DNA of 64,000 bases, taken from assembly GCA_965644295.1 (NCBI GenBank), contig CBFFRP010000073.1, forward strand, positions 1-64,000. Direction: 5' to 3'. Below, in pieces: positions 26,274-37,941 of this stretch. The translations under genes and the position numbers were made by a program. The stretch is from Paraphysomonas bandaiensis (taxonomy: Eukaryota > Protista > Chrysophyceae). Position 1 is the stretch's first letter. The number at the start of each line of letters is the position of its first letter. The notes below the pieces were generated by a model, which was not told the origin of the DNA, did not search any database, and was given only the letters and a program-made list of their open reading frames with translations.

Positions 26274-27899
26274 ATGTTGCATATATCTGATCTTAACGAT
26301 GATGTGATTCGTCTCATCATCTCTATGATCCCACACTCAGCTCTCCTTCCTGTCGTCATGACTTGTAAGAGACTTCACGATATGGCTGATAACACGAGAG
26401 ATAAGAGCAGAGATAAGAGGAGAGGGAGACTTGAGTCACATGCATCTCACTACTGTATGACCAACTCAATGGTATCGTGGGCTCTTTCTATGGGATGCTC
26501 ACACAGTTCGCTAATGTATAGATGTGCACTATACGGCAGACTACAGCAGATGAAACATATGAAGAGTACCATCATGCACCATACGATACACTCACAGGAT
26601 CCTTCATGTCTATGGGGCGTAGATACTAGCATAGCAGCTGCAGAAGGTGGGTACTTGGATGTACTGAAGTGGCTTCGTTCACAGGATCCTCCGTGTCCAT
26701 GGGATCCAAGAACTTGCGAGGCTGCTGCAGAAGGTGGTCACCTGGATGTTTTGAAGTGGCTTCGTTCACAGGATCCTCCATGTCCATGGGATGTATATAC
26801 TTGCGAGGGTGCTGCACAAGCTGGTCACTTGGGTGTTCTGAAGTGGCTTCGTTCACAGGATCCTCCATGTCCATGGGGCTCATTTACTTGCGAGGCTGCT
26901 GTAGATGGTGGTCACTTGGATGTTCTGAAGTGGCTTCGTTCACAGGATCCTCCATGTCCATGGGAGGCATATACTAGTATTGCTGCTGCAGAAGGTGGCC
27001 ACCTGGATGTTTTGAAGTGGCTTCGTTCACAGGATCCTCCATGTCCATGGAATGAATCTACCTGCAGGGCTGCTGCTGCAAGTGGACACTTGGATGTACT
27101 GAAGTGGCTTCGATCACAGGATCCTCCCTGTCCGTGGGATGCCTGTACGTGCAGGAATGCTGCACGATTGGATCACTTGGATGTTCTGAAGTGGCTTCGT
27201 TCACTGGATCCTCCGTGCCCATGGGATCCAGGAACTTGCAGTAATGCTGGACGAAGTGGTTACTTGGATGCTCTGAAGTGGCTTCGGTCACAGGATCCTC
27301 CGTGTCCATGGGATCCAAGAACTTGCGAGGCTGCAGCAAAAGCTGGTCACTTGGATGTTCTGAAGTGGCTTCGTTCACAGGATCCTCCGTGTCCATGGGA
27401 TGTATATACTTGCAGGAATGCTGCACGAAGTGGTTACTTAGATGTTCTGAAGTGGCTTCGTTCACAGGATCCTCCGTGTCCGTGGGATGTATATACTTGC
27501 AGGAATGCTGCACGAAGTGGTTACTTAGATGTTCTGAAGTGGCTTCGGTCACAGGATCCTCCGTGTCCATGGGATCCAAGAACTTGCGAGGCTGCTGCAG
27601 AAGGTGGTCACCTGGATGTTTTGAAGTGGCTTCGTTCACAGGATCCTCCGTGTCCATGGGATGTATATACTTGCAGGAATGCTGCACGAAGTGGTTACTT
27701 AGATGTTCTGAAGTGGCTTCGTTCACAGGATCCTCCGTGTCCATGGGATCCAAGAACTTGCGAGGCTGCTGCAGAAGGTGGTCACCTGGATGTTTTGAAG
27801 TGGCTTCGGTCACAGGATCCTCCGTGTCCATGGGATCCAGGAACTTGCGAGAATCTACCTGCGAGGCTGCTGCAGAAAGTGGTCACCTGGATGTCTTGA
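26274..27899 (+). CDS. F-box + 29-aa ankyrin-like repeat protein (giant-virus/algal-type 'GHLxVLKWLR...CPWD' family); ends at a frameshift within a longer array
   Basis: N-terminal F-box-like LNDDVIRLIISMIPHSALLPVVMTCKRLH, then ~15 repeats GHLDVLKWLRSQDPPCPW-xxxTCxxAAxx; intron-free. Confidence 0.8.
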   Translation: MLHISDLNDDVIRLIISMIPHSALLPVVMTCKRLHDMADNTRDKSRDKRRGRLESHASHYCMTNSMVSWALSMGCSHSSLMYRCALYGRLQQMKHMKSTIMHHTIHSQDPSCLWGVDTSIAAAEGGYLDVLKWLRSQDPPCPWDPRTCEAAAEGGHLDVLKWLRSQDPPCPWDVYTCEGAAQAGHLGVLKWLRSQDPPCPWGSFTCEAAVDGGHLDVLKWLRSQDPPCPWEAYTSIAAAEGGHLDVLKWLRSQDPPCPWNESTCRAAAASGHLDVLKWLRSQDPPCPWDACTCRNAARLDHLDVLKWLRSLDPPCPWDPGTCSNAGRSGYLDALKWLRSQDPPCPWDPRTCEAAAKAGHLDVLKWLRSQDPPCPWDVYTCRNAARSGYLDVLKWLRSQDPPCPWDVYTCRNAARSGYLDVLKWLRSQDPPCPWDPRTCEAAAEGGHLDVLKWLRSQDPPCPWDVYTCRNAARSGYLDVLKWLRSQDPPCPWDPRTCEAAAEGGHLDVLKWLRSQDPPCPWDPGTCENLPARLLQKVVTWMS

Positions 27900-30800
27900 A
27901 ATGGCTTCGTTCACAGGATCCTCCGTGTCCGTGGGATGTATATACTTGCAGGAATGCTGCACGAAGTGGTTACTTAGATGTTCTGAAGTGGCTTCGTTCA
28001 CAGGATCCTCCGTGTCCGTGGGATGTATATACTTGCAGGAATGCTGCACGAAGTGGTTACTTAGATGTTCTGAAGTGGCTTCGGTCACAGGATCCTCCGT
28101 GTCCATGGGATCCAAGAACTTGCGAGGCTGCTGCAGAAGGTGGTCACCTGGATGTTTTGAAGTGGCTTCGTTCACAGGATCCTCCGTGTCCATGGGATGT
28201 ATATACTTGCAGGAATGCTGCACGAAGTGGTTACTTAGATGTTCTGAAGTGGCTTCGTTCACAGGATCCTCCGTGTCCATGGGATCCAAGAACTTGCGAG
28301 GCTGCTGCAGAAGGTGGTCACCTGGATGTTTTGAAGTGGCTTCGGTCACAGGATCCTCCGTGTCCATGGGATCCAGGAACTTGCGAGAATCTACCTGCGA
28401 GGCTGCTGCAGAAAGTGGTCACCTGGATGTCTTGAAATGGCTTCGTTCACAGGATCCTCCGTGTCCGTGGGATGTATATACTTGCAGGAATGCTGCACGA
28501 AGTGGTTACTTAGATGTTCTGAAGTGGCTTCGTTCACAGGATCCTCCGTGTCCATGGGATCCAAGAACTTGCGAGGCTGCTGCAGAAGGTGGTCACCTGG
28601 ATGTTTTGAAGTGGCTTCGTTCACAGGATCCTCCGTGTCCATGGGATCCAGGAACTTGCGAGGCTGCTGCAGAAGGTGGTCACCTGGATGTTTTGAAGTG
28701 GCTTCGTTCACAGGATCCTCCGTGTCCGTGGGATGTATATACTTGCAGGAATGCTGCACGAAGTGGTTACTTAGATGTTCTGAAGTGGCTTCGTTCACAG
28801 GATCCTCCGTGTCCATGGGATCCAAGAACTTGCGAGGCTGCAGCAAAAGCTGGTCACTTGGATGTTCTGAAGTGGCTTCGTTCACAGGATCCTCCGTGTC
28901 CATGGGATGTATATACTTGCAGGAATGCTGCACGAAGTGGTTACTTAGATGTTCTGAAGTGGCTTCGTTCACAGGATCCTCCGTGTCCGTGGGATGTATA
29001 TACTTGCAGGAATGCTGCACGAAGTGGTTACTTAGATGTTCTGAAGTGGCTTCGGTCACAGGATCCTCCGTGTCCATGGGATCCAAGAACTTGCGAGGCT
29101 GCTGCAGAAGGTGGTCACCTGGATGTTTTGAAGTGGCTTCGTTCACAGGATCCTCCGTGTCCATGGGATGTATATACTTGCAGGAATGCTGCACGAAGTG
29201 GTTACTTAGATGTTCTGAAGTGGCTTCGTTCACAGGATCCTCCGTGTCCATGGGATCCAAGAACTTGCGAGGCTGCTGCAGAAGGTGGTCACCTGGATGT
29301 TTTGAAGTGGCTTCGGTCACAGGATCCTCCGTGTCCATGGGATCCAGGAACTTGCGAGAATCTACCTGCGAGGCTGCTGCAGAAAGTGGTCACCTGGATG
29401 TCTTGAAATGGCTTCGTTCACAGGATCCTCCGTGTCCGTGGGATGTATATACTTGCAGGAATGCTGCACGAAGTGGTTACTTAGATGTTCTGAAGTGGCT
29501 TCGTTCACAGGATCCTCCGTGTCCATGGGATCCAAGAACTTGCGAGGCTGCTGCAGAAGGTGGTCACCTGGATGTTTTGAAGTGGCTTCGTTCACAGGAT
29601 CCTCCGTGTCCATGGGATCCAGGAACTTGCGAGGCTGCTGCAGAAGGTGGTCACCTGGATGTTTTGAAGTGGCTTCGTTCACAGGATCCTCCGTGTCCGT
29701 GGGATGTATATACTTGCAGGAATGCTGCACGAAGTGGTTACTTAGATGTTCTGAAGTGGCTTCGTTCACAGGATCCTCCGTGTCCATGGGATCCAAGAAC
29801 TTGCGAGGCTGCTGCAGAAGGTGGTTACTTAGATGTTCTGAAGTGGCTTCGGTCACAGGATCCTCCGTGTCCATGGGATCCAGGAACTTGCAGTAATGCT
29901 GCACAAGCTGGTCACTTGGATGTTCTGAAGTGGCTTCGTTCACAGGATCCTCCATGTCCATGGGATCCAAGAACTTGCGAGAGTGCTGCACAAGCTGGTC
30001 ACTTGGGTGTTCTGAAGTGGCTTCGTTCACAGGATCCTCCCTGTCCATGGGATGTGTATACTTGCGAGGGTGCTGCACAAGCTGGGTTACAGTTACTTGT
30101 ACTGTAGTGGCTTCCTACACGGAACCCTCCCTGTCTATGGGATGCAGGAACTTACTTGAAGGCAGCAAAAGTTGGTCACTTGGATGTTCTGAAGTGGCTT
30201 CGTTCACAGGATCCTCCCTGTCCATGTGATGTATACACTTCTAGGGCTGCTGCTGCAAGTGGACACTTGGATGTACTGAAGTGGCTTCGATCACAGGATC
30301 CTCCCTGTCCGTGGGATGCCTGTACGTGCAGGAATGCTGCACGATTGGATCACTTGGATGTTCTGAAGTGGCTTCGTTCACTGGATCCTCCGTGCCCATG
30401 GGATCCAGGAACTTGCAGTAATGCTGCACGAAGTGGTTACTTGGATGCTCTGAAGTGGCTTCGGTCATCGGATCCTCCGTGTCCATGGGATCCAAGAACT
30501 TGCGAGGCTGCTGCAGAAGGTGGTCACCTGGATGTTTTGAAGTGGCTTCGTTCACAGGATCCTCCGTGTCCATGGGATGTATATACTTGCAGGAATGCTG
30601 CACGAAGTGGTTACTTAGATGTTCTGAAGTGGCTTCGTTCACAGGATCCTCCGTGTCCATGGGATCCAAGAACTTGCGAGGCTGCTGCAGAAGGTGGTCA
30701 CCTGGATGTTCTGAAGTGGCTTCGGTCACAGGATCCTCTGTGTCCATGGGATCCAGGAACTTGCAGTAATGCTGCACAAGCTGGTCACTTGGATGTTCTG

Positions 30801-31085
30801 AAGTGGCTTCGTTCACAGGATCCTCCATGTCCATGGAATGTGTATACTTGCGAGGGTGCTGCACAAGCTGGGTTACAGTTACTTGTACTGTAGTGGCTTC
30901 CTACACGGAACCCTCCCTGTCTATGGGATGCAGGAACTTACTTGAAGGCAGCAAAAGTTGGTCACTTGGATGTTCTGAAGTGGCTTCGTTCACAGGATCC
31001 TCCCTGTCCATGTGATGTATACACTTCTAGGGCTGCTGCTGCAAGTGGACACTTGGATGTTCTGAAGTGGCTTTATTCACAAGAT
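26590..31085 (+). repeat. Coding minisatellite: ~51 x 87-bp ankyrin-like modules with higher-order duplications
   Basis: Constant core GATGTTCTGAAGTGGCTTCGTTCACAGGATCCTCCGTGTCCATGG plus a variable block. Identical 14-nt insertions at 27852, 28388 and 29359; identical TAG-bearing divergent unit at 30105 and 30891. Confidence 0.95.
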
Positions 31086-31205
31086 CTTTCCAATATACGT
31101 TTTTTTTAATGGACTTGCAGTACCTTTTCTTTTTCCATGGACATTGATGTTGTGCATTGGCTTTTTGACAGGCACTACCATAGTTTTTTGGAGATATCCA
31201 GTGTT

Positions 31206-31352
31206 GAGCTTTGTATCGACGGGTTACAGCAAGAGCGGATTAGTGTGATAGAAGTGAGTTTTGTATCAACGGGTTACAGCAAGAGCGGATTAGTGTGACA
31301 GAAGTGAGCTTCGCATCAATGGGTTACAGCAATAGATGCCCAGTGTGATACA
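31206..31352. repeat. 50-bp tandem repeat x3
   Basis: GAGCTTTGTATCGACGGGTTACAGCAAGAGCGGATTAGTGTGATAGAAGT at 31206 and 31256, diverged copy at 31306. Confidence 0.9.
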
Positions 31353-32669
31353 GGTCCTGGTAACCATGCATGGCCCATGACTACCTAACTAGATAATACC
31401 GCTCATAATAGATAGTGTGGTGCCTCCTTAGTTATTAATAAAGTTAAACAACCGACTACGATCGTAACTACACATCATCATTCTTCTCCCCCTCCACTGG
31501 CACATCAGGATCTTCTTGACAGGCTTCATATAGAGGGTGTAAGCACCCCACGACATGTAATTGATTCGTAGGAATAGGAATGTAGTTGGATTCATGTCTC
31601 GACGCTCAGGTGCATAATCTACTTTGCACAACTAAAGTGCTTCTCAACAACATTAGATTGTAATTCGATCTTCGATAGTTGTACTCATAGTAAGTACGTA
31701 GGTAGTAAGTCGAGCTGAGCTCTCTTGAAGAATGTTTTCTAGTTGATATATGCATATTTTCAATACTTTTTGAATTTTGGGTATGAATATGTTGTTCCTC
31801 ATGAAACTATTTTCTAACTCTTACAGCATTAAGTTAGCAGCTGATAACGAACAAAGTTTCCACAAAGTGGCTGTAGAGTTGCACATAAGCATTGCTTAAC
31901 ATTGTTTAGAGTCTGTTTACTAAGCAGTAGGCTTTCAAGAGTCAGAACCAGATTAGTAGCTAGATGACAAGCTAGTAGAGCTACATAAGCATCTACCATT
32001 TTTACTAACTAGTGCAACCTCTGATATCCTACTATTTAGCGCTACAAGAACCGTAAGCACTAAGGTGCCACTTTTCTCGCTACACTCATAGATGTGTATG
32101 TAGGGGACGATGTACAACGCACAGCATGACAAGTGAAAGCAGTCATCTAAGTCTACTACTACCACACTGGAACGCTTACGACTGCAAATACATATTGTGC
32201 AATTTGCATCGGGGACTGCCTTATATGTGCTTATGTGCCTCACGGCAGGCACCAGAAGAAGCAGCAATATACCCTTCTGAGTTTGACAATCTGGTGGACT
32301 TCCCTTAGGCGTTGTGCCTCGGAGCTATATATGTGGATGAAGGTCTTGTAAAAGATTTTGATCTACTACTGTGTCGAAGCGTCGGAATCGTCGTTTTTGC
32401 TGTCTTATAGCCAGCAGTAGCAGAGAACACATGATGGAAGAAAGGGGATAGTTGGACACCAGTGGGATACGAGGATACTCTGGCATGTTCAGCAACAGAG
32501 GGAGTCGAGTGGAAGTGTGATGGTACAAGGAAAGCAATACCTGATTGAGGAGTGTGGGACAGAACTAGGGTCGCCTAGGACGAGTACTCTGATGGATCTA
32601 TGCACGAGATGAGCATGATTGTGAGGAGAGACTCGGACGCCCTCGGCTGCTCTTGGTGTCTGAGTTACT

Positions 32670-32940
32670 TGTAGAGCTGCTGCACTATAGGGGCACTTGG
32701 ATGTTCTGAAGTGGCTTCGTTCACAGGATGTTCCGTGTCGATGGGGTGTAAAGCCTTCCATTGCTGCTTAACCATTGATGCGGGAACTAGGATGTTGACG
32801 CGTGGCTTCTAACTCAAGGCCCTCCATGTCCATGTTATTAGTGAACTGACTTTTGCAGTACTTTTACTTCTGCTGTGAGGCATTGGATGTTCTGAATCGG
32901 CTTTGACAGGAAGTATCAGCATTTTCTGGACATGTCTAGA
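32670..32940 (+). pseudogene. Decayed paralogous fragment of the ankyrin-like repeat gene (last modules + 3' tail)
   Basis: GGGCACTTGGATGTTCTGAAGTGGCTTCGTTCACAGGATG at 32691; the tail 32868-32940 aligns with 31112-31201; frameshifted. Confidence 0.8.
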
Positions 32941-33907
32941 TTCATATATGCGGACAAGACATAATTTGTCCGACTTTTTTAGGAAACGTATTCATACACA
33001 ACACAACAACGATGAATCAAGGGGTCCTTGTACCAGTATAATTTCGTTTTTTTCTCATACGAAACTCATTGTATAATTCGAGAGTGTTCTTTAATAGTGC
33101 AGAAGTATGTAATTTTTCATACGCCCTAGTTACAAAATAAATATACCGCAAACTTGGCCAACAAAAGTATCAGATGTGAACTTTCTACCGACTTAAGAGA
33201 ACAATAGCCAAGATCATAGCTACACATGGTCAGAGGTGTAATATATATATATTATAATGTCAGATCATGCCTTCATAGTAATCACACGCACTGTCTTCTG
33301 GCATGATTCGAGTGCATTGACAGTGTCTGAAAATATTGATATATATGATATCCAGATACTGTTAATAGAGATAGCCTGTAGATATTGGTGGGCGTATATT
33401 ATTTATCGCTTGAATCGCTCTTCTATTGGTGATATACTATTGCATCACGGGTTCTTTGTTGTGTATTTTCATTTAAGGGGTTCTAAGTGATTACTGTTAG
33501 TAACGATTCTTCAGTTAGATAGCTTCTGATAGATATATGAAGTCACATACATGAGGCAGGGATTACACTGACAGCAGTATAGGCGCTTTATGTGCCGATT
33601 TCATTTCTTGGGGCAAGTGCAGACGAAGGGAAAGCAATATCCTTGAACAAATGCCCGTTCGATGTAATTACTACATCAAATATTTTATATCACTTGTGAA
33701 ATATTATGATTTAGAAAGAATTTATTCCCTATTTACACAGTACATTTTAAGTAAGTATTATTTGAACCTATTAGGCACCTTTGTACATCGTGAACTATGG
33801 CCCCTATGTGATGAGTTAACGAATTTGAATAAAGATTTCTATCTCTAAAACTTCTATTTAAGTACAAGTAGTATGTACTGAGGTATGGAAAATGTACCAC
33901 AGCTATA

Positions 33908-34902
33908 TTAATTAACATCTTCATCTACGTGCACTACCATTCCTGCTGATACTGAGCCTAATTCCTTCAGTTGTGCTGAAGAGCGAGTGTCTTTACTTGC
34001 CATCTTATTCTCGTGATATACTCGGCGTTCCTCATCAGAAAACGTAGTAGTCCATGAGAGGCTATGACTCCCATTTAGTCTAATGAGTTTAGCAGTCCAA
34101 GACGGATTGAGAAGCCTCGCTATTGCCACAGCAGTTACCTCCTGCGCCACAGTCTTGTTACTACGAAACTCACACACTACACATAAAAAACCTACCTCCA
34201 CTCCACCAGCAACTTCACTACTTATACCGTCGCCAATCAAAGGGAATCCAACTAGACCAAGTTTTCGTAAAGCCCAGACTGCAAGGGTGTTCCACGGACA
34301 GGTGCGGCCGCGTAACGGTTGTTCTCCGAGGATAAATTCGTGTCCATCGAGGGCGGCCCCTGCTACTAAAGTATTGCTATCCATGTGGCGCAACAGTGCC
34401 TTTATATCTGCAGTACTAGCGCGAACTTCAAGAGACTGGGTCATAAACACAAAATCAGCAAAGATATCCGCCCAATGAAATGCGATAAACAATACCTGAA
34501 ACAGAATGTGATCCATACCATCATTCAAGGCAATATTAAGAGCTATGTTTAATGCTGTTGTGAATCCACCCCACGGGCATATTGCCTGAACGGTGACATT
34601 TTCGTGTGGTCGTTCATTTCGTAAAGCGTTTGATAGTTCTCTGCAGTAATCTTCATGTTCGAGATTATCACCAACGCCTAACTAACATACGCATTAGTCT
34701 TATAGAGTGATGCCGCATGCTTTGTTCCTACACAGATCAACACTTTGTCGGCCCACGGGCAGCTTCGAGCAAAGTCAATAACTCGCGATACGTCTACTAA
34801 CGAAGAGGCTGCCTGGCAGTGGATCCTATTCACGAATACTCATCAACGATGAGAGTCACTCTATAGATAGTAGAGGAAATACCTCGTAACAGCAATCAGC
34901 AT
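33908..34902 (-). CDS. Conserved-looking hypothetical protein, possibly glycosyltransferase (GT-A)-like fold
   Basis: Spliced model MLIAVTR|IHCQAASS...ICPWGGFTTALNIAL...ILFQ|SLEV...TCPWNTLAVW...GGVE|EV...HENKMASK, with 4 short GT-AG introns. The fold assignment is a guess. Confidence 0.65.
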
Positions 34903-35289
34903 GAGGTAACAGTGGCAATGTAACTTCCTGGTATATGCGTCGATGTAGTCAAAGAGGTCGATGGGAGTGTTGATCTTAAGCATCTATGGCTTGATGGGGC
35001 AGCCACACTGAACCTGTACCTGTGAATCTGTACCTGTGGACCTGTATCTGTATCTGTGTACTTGTCCTGCATTCGTATCTGCGAAATATACCCCTGTACA
35101 TGTGGCAAGAGTCGTCTAAATCTGGTGGCAATGAGGTACAGAATAGAATTCATAAAACCCTATTTTTTACCTAAAAAGAAGGATTTTGTCACTGAGAAGT
35201 GGAACTTTTCGTCCCTCTATATTGTATGTATTTATTACGAGTGTTTAACTGCTCTACAATTAGCATTAATATCACCCACTAATAGAGCG

Positions 35290-36996
35290 ATGCTGTCTGT
35301 GTCTATCGGTGTTTTATTCGCATATCTGAGTACGGGCGTGTTAGGACTTGACTACAATGAGGCCATAAGCGTGATAGCTTCTGATCTTAACCAGTACGAT
35401 AGTCTACAGGGACAATCACTGTGTAATAAATACGACTGCTGTGTTATCTCTCAAGACAACGCATGTGATATTAATACCCTTCCAAAGGATCAATCAACAC
35501 TTGTGGTTCCTGGTGGAAACACGCGGTGCATATTCAGCACCAGCACAGGTGATATGTGTGCTGTGTGTCGCCTCATATCATTTGAATCGTACTGCAGAGT
35601 TTGCCTTTCAAGTCATCCCTGGAGATACCGATAAGCTGGTGTTTTATTTTCAAGGTATGAGGGTTGTTTTACAGTTGCTGTAACCATCTTTGACTATTAT
35701 GTGTGGTAGGTGGAGGAGCGTGCTGGGACCGAGCGTCTACAACAGTTGTCCCGATGTGTACAACAGACTCCTCTCCATCTGGACCCAATGGCATTTTTGA
35801 TCGCACCAACGAGGACAATGCTTTCCGTTCTTATACTATTGTGCAGGTTCTCTATTGTTCTGGGGATATTCACGGTATGATGTTTTAATGCCTGCTCTTT
35901 CTGTGGCTCACTACTTACAGGTGGCAATACTGTGCGCCCTTATGATGACTCCAATGGTGAGCCTGTTACTCAGACGGGCATTGCCAACACGCAGAGTGTT
36001 CTCGACTGGGTACAGAAACAACAAACTGAAGGAAGACTGGCTGCTAGCCTGTCAGACCTTGTAGTAATGGGGTGCTCGGCGGGGTCAATTGGTGCCCAGC
36101 TCTGGTCAACACAGATCACCTCGGCGCTCAAGTGGGATCGTGCTGCTGTAGTTCCAGACAGGTATTTTTCCTATTTCTCCGTAATATTACCCTTTATGTT
36201 TGAACTTGCTGTTCCTTTTGTATATTATCTGACCTGTTCCTCACTGCACCTTCACGAGTAGCTATGCGGGTGTGTTCCCCCCAGGGTCCCAAGGCCCACT
36301 CATATATGACTATGGCTTCTGCACCTCAGGATTTCTCAGTGAGGCTCTTTATACAAAGTGTGTTAATAAGGAGCTTACATTACAAGACATCAATATGGAG
36401 TTCATTGCTTCTACCCCGACAGTTCCTACTTCATTTATTCAGGTATACTGATGAGTTCCGACAGTATTCGCATTTCACGGTATACGCTTCTATAGTCCAA
36501 GACGGACATTGTACAGATGTCTTTCTATGTGGCTATTGGAGTTACTACCCCCGGTTCAGATGCCGCTATCACTCCTGAACAGTTCTATACTGATTTGAAT
36601 GCCATATTTGAGGTACTGTCTTGTTACCGCCATCGGGCGTGCATTTATGAGTCTTTGTAGGAATACAACAAGAATGATAATTTCCTGACATATTTAGTTG
36701 ATGGTGACCAGCATTGCTTCACCCCATCATCTGTCTTCTATTCTGCTGATGCAATGGGCCCGCATGACGATGGATCTACGAACGAGGGACCTATGGTGTA
36801 TCAATGGACGGGTATGTAACTATATCGGCCGGGAAGTTCTTTTGCTGATTTATATGCAGGAGACTTTCCTCTATCAAATGGGGATGTGGCTGATACAGTG
36901 TGTGAGGGTGATATGGTGTCTTCCACACTTGCTGCTAACAATCAAACTTATTGCGACCCCGCATATGTTCCTAAAGAGTTCGTCGAGAAGTACTAG
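35290..36996 (+). CDS. Secreted pectinacetylesterase/Notum-family alpha/beta hydrolase
   Basis: Signal peptide; YFQGGGACW, YCSGD, GCSAG nucleophile elbow, late GDQHC; multiple short introns. Confidence 0.85.
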
Positions 36997-37941
36997 TTCC
37001 CCAGTTGAAAATTGCAACTTCTACGATTGCACTTAATCTTCTGCGTGGTGAACTCTACTACTCTCCAAGATAATTTTTCTTATCTATAGCAATATAGTTC
37101 GCGATCTTGCTTGTGTGGGTATTATCTAGAGTAGTAGTTATATCAGACTAGTTCACAGAAATGATACCAATGTTGCTCTATAGATTCAACACAGTTTATG
37201 AGCTTAAGTCACTCAATACTTAAATTGAGGTCGTCAAATTATAATATAATGCATCATATATTTGGAGAAAACATGATTTTACATGTAGAAACTTACTTCA
37301 ATATATTAGACATGCCTCATCTTGGGCTCACCGATGCCTGGGACGAGACAGTAATTATTAAAGGCCTTATTTTGTACTACCCTAATGGTTAAATGCTGTT
37401 TCGGTATTGATGGCTAGTAGTTGGCAAGGTGAGAAATTATCTACTATACGTGTAAACAGAAAGCAGTGCTACACTCAACAAAGTCCGACTCGCACCTTTT
37501 CGTGGTGTTCTGGGGGATAAGTGCCGGAGTGATTTTCTCTGGGAAACTAAAACGTGAGCCGCAAACATAGTCAGCAGATATTCTTCTGCCCACTCATAGC
37601 CGAATGCTTGTGTGGTACAAGGGACACCAATAAGTATCACTTGTGTAGAGGTCTTTGGGTCCTGACGAATAAACAGGCATCCGGGAATGGGTCCACCTCA
37701 TGGGCATCCGGGACAGGGCCCACCTCAAGGGTAACCGGGGTATTGGGCTGCCTGCTTTTAATTCAAGCATCCGGGATGTTCACCTTAAGAACTCAGAGCG
37801 GAAGTGGTCGCACCTTGGTGCTTGCGGCGACGCACAAGCAGTTTCCGTAGCGTTAAATAGTAGGATAAAAAAGGGTGTACTGATTAGTTACACAGGTAGA
37901 GGTCTAACTAGTTTGTCTAGCATTCATCTACTAGTATATAG

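Noticed and set aside
27663-27676. 14-nt micro-intron GTATATACTTGCAG exactly compensating the 14-nt insertion
   Set aside because: Shorter than any spliceosomal intron I know of and far below the ~42-nt minimum seen in this window; likely coincidence.
27058-30864. Long antisense ORFs (MDTEDPVNEATS...)
   Set aside because: A stop-free shadow frame of one repeat unit is propagated by tandem amplification; no independent evidence of coding.
30105-30893. TAG readthrough or alternative genetic code
   Set aside because: The two TAGs are one AAG>TAG change copied by a 786-bp duplication, and other genes here terminate normally at TAG.
26590-31085. CRISPR array (constant repeat + variable spacer look)
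   Set aside because: The unit is 87 bp and codes in frame, the 'spacers' are homologous to each other and recur, the context is eukaryotic, and there are no cas genes.
26590-32940. Diversity-generating retroelement (TR/VR pair)
   Set aside because: No reverse transcriptase in the window, and the differences are block swaps rather than adenine-specific substitutions.
36448-36495. CTGATGA hammerhead / C-D box-like motif
   Set aside because: Lies in a short intron with no matching GAAA core or stems.
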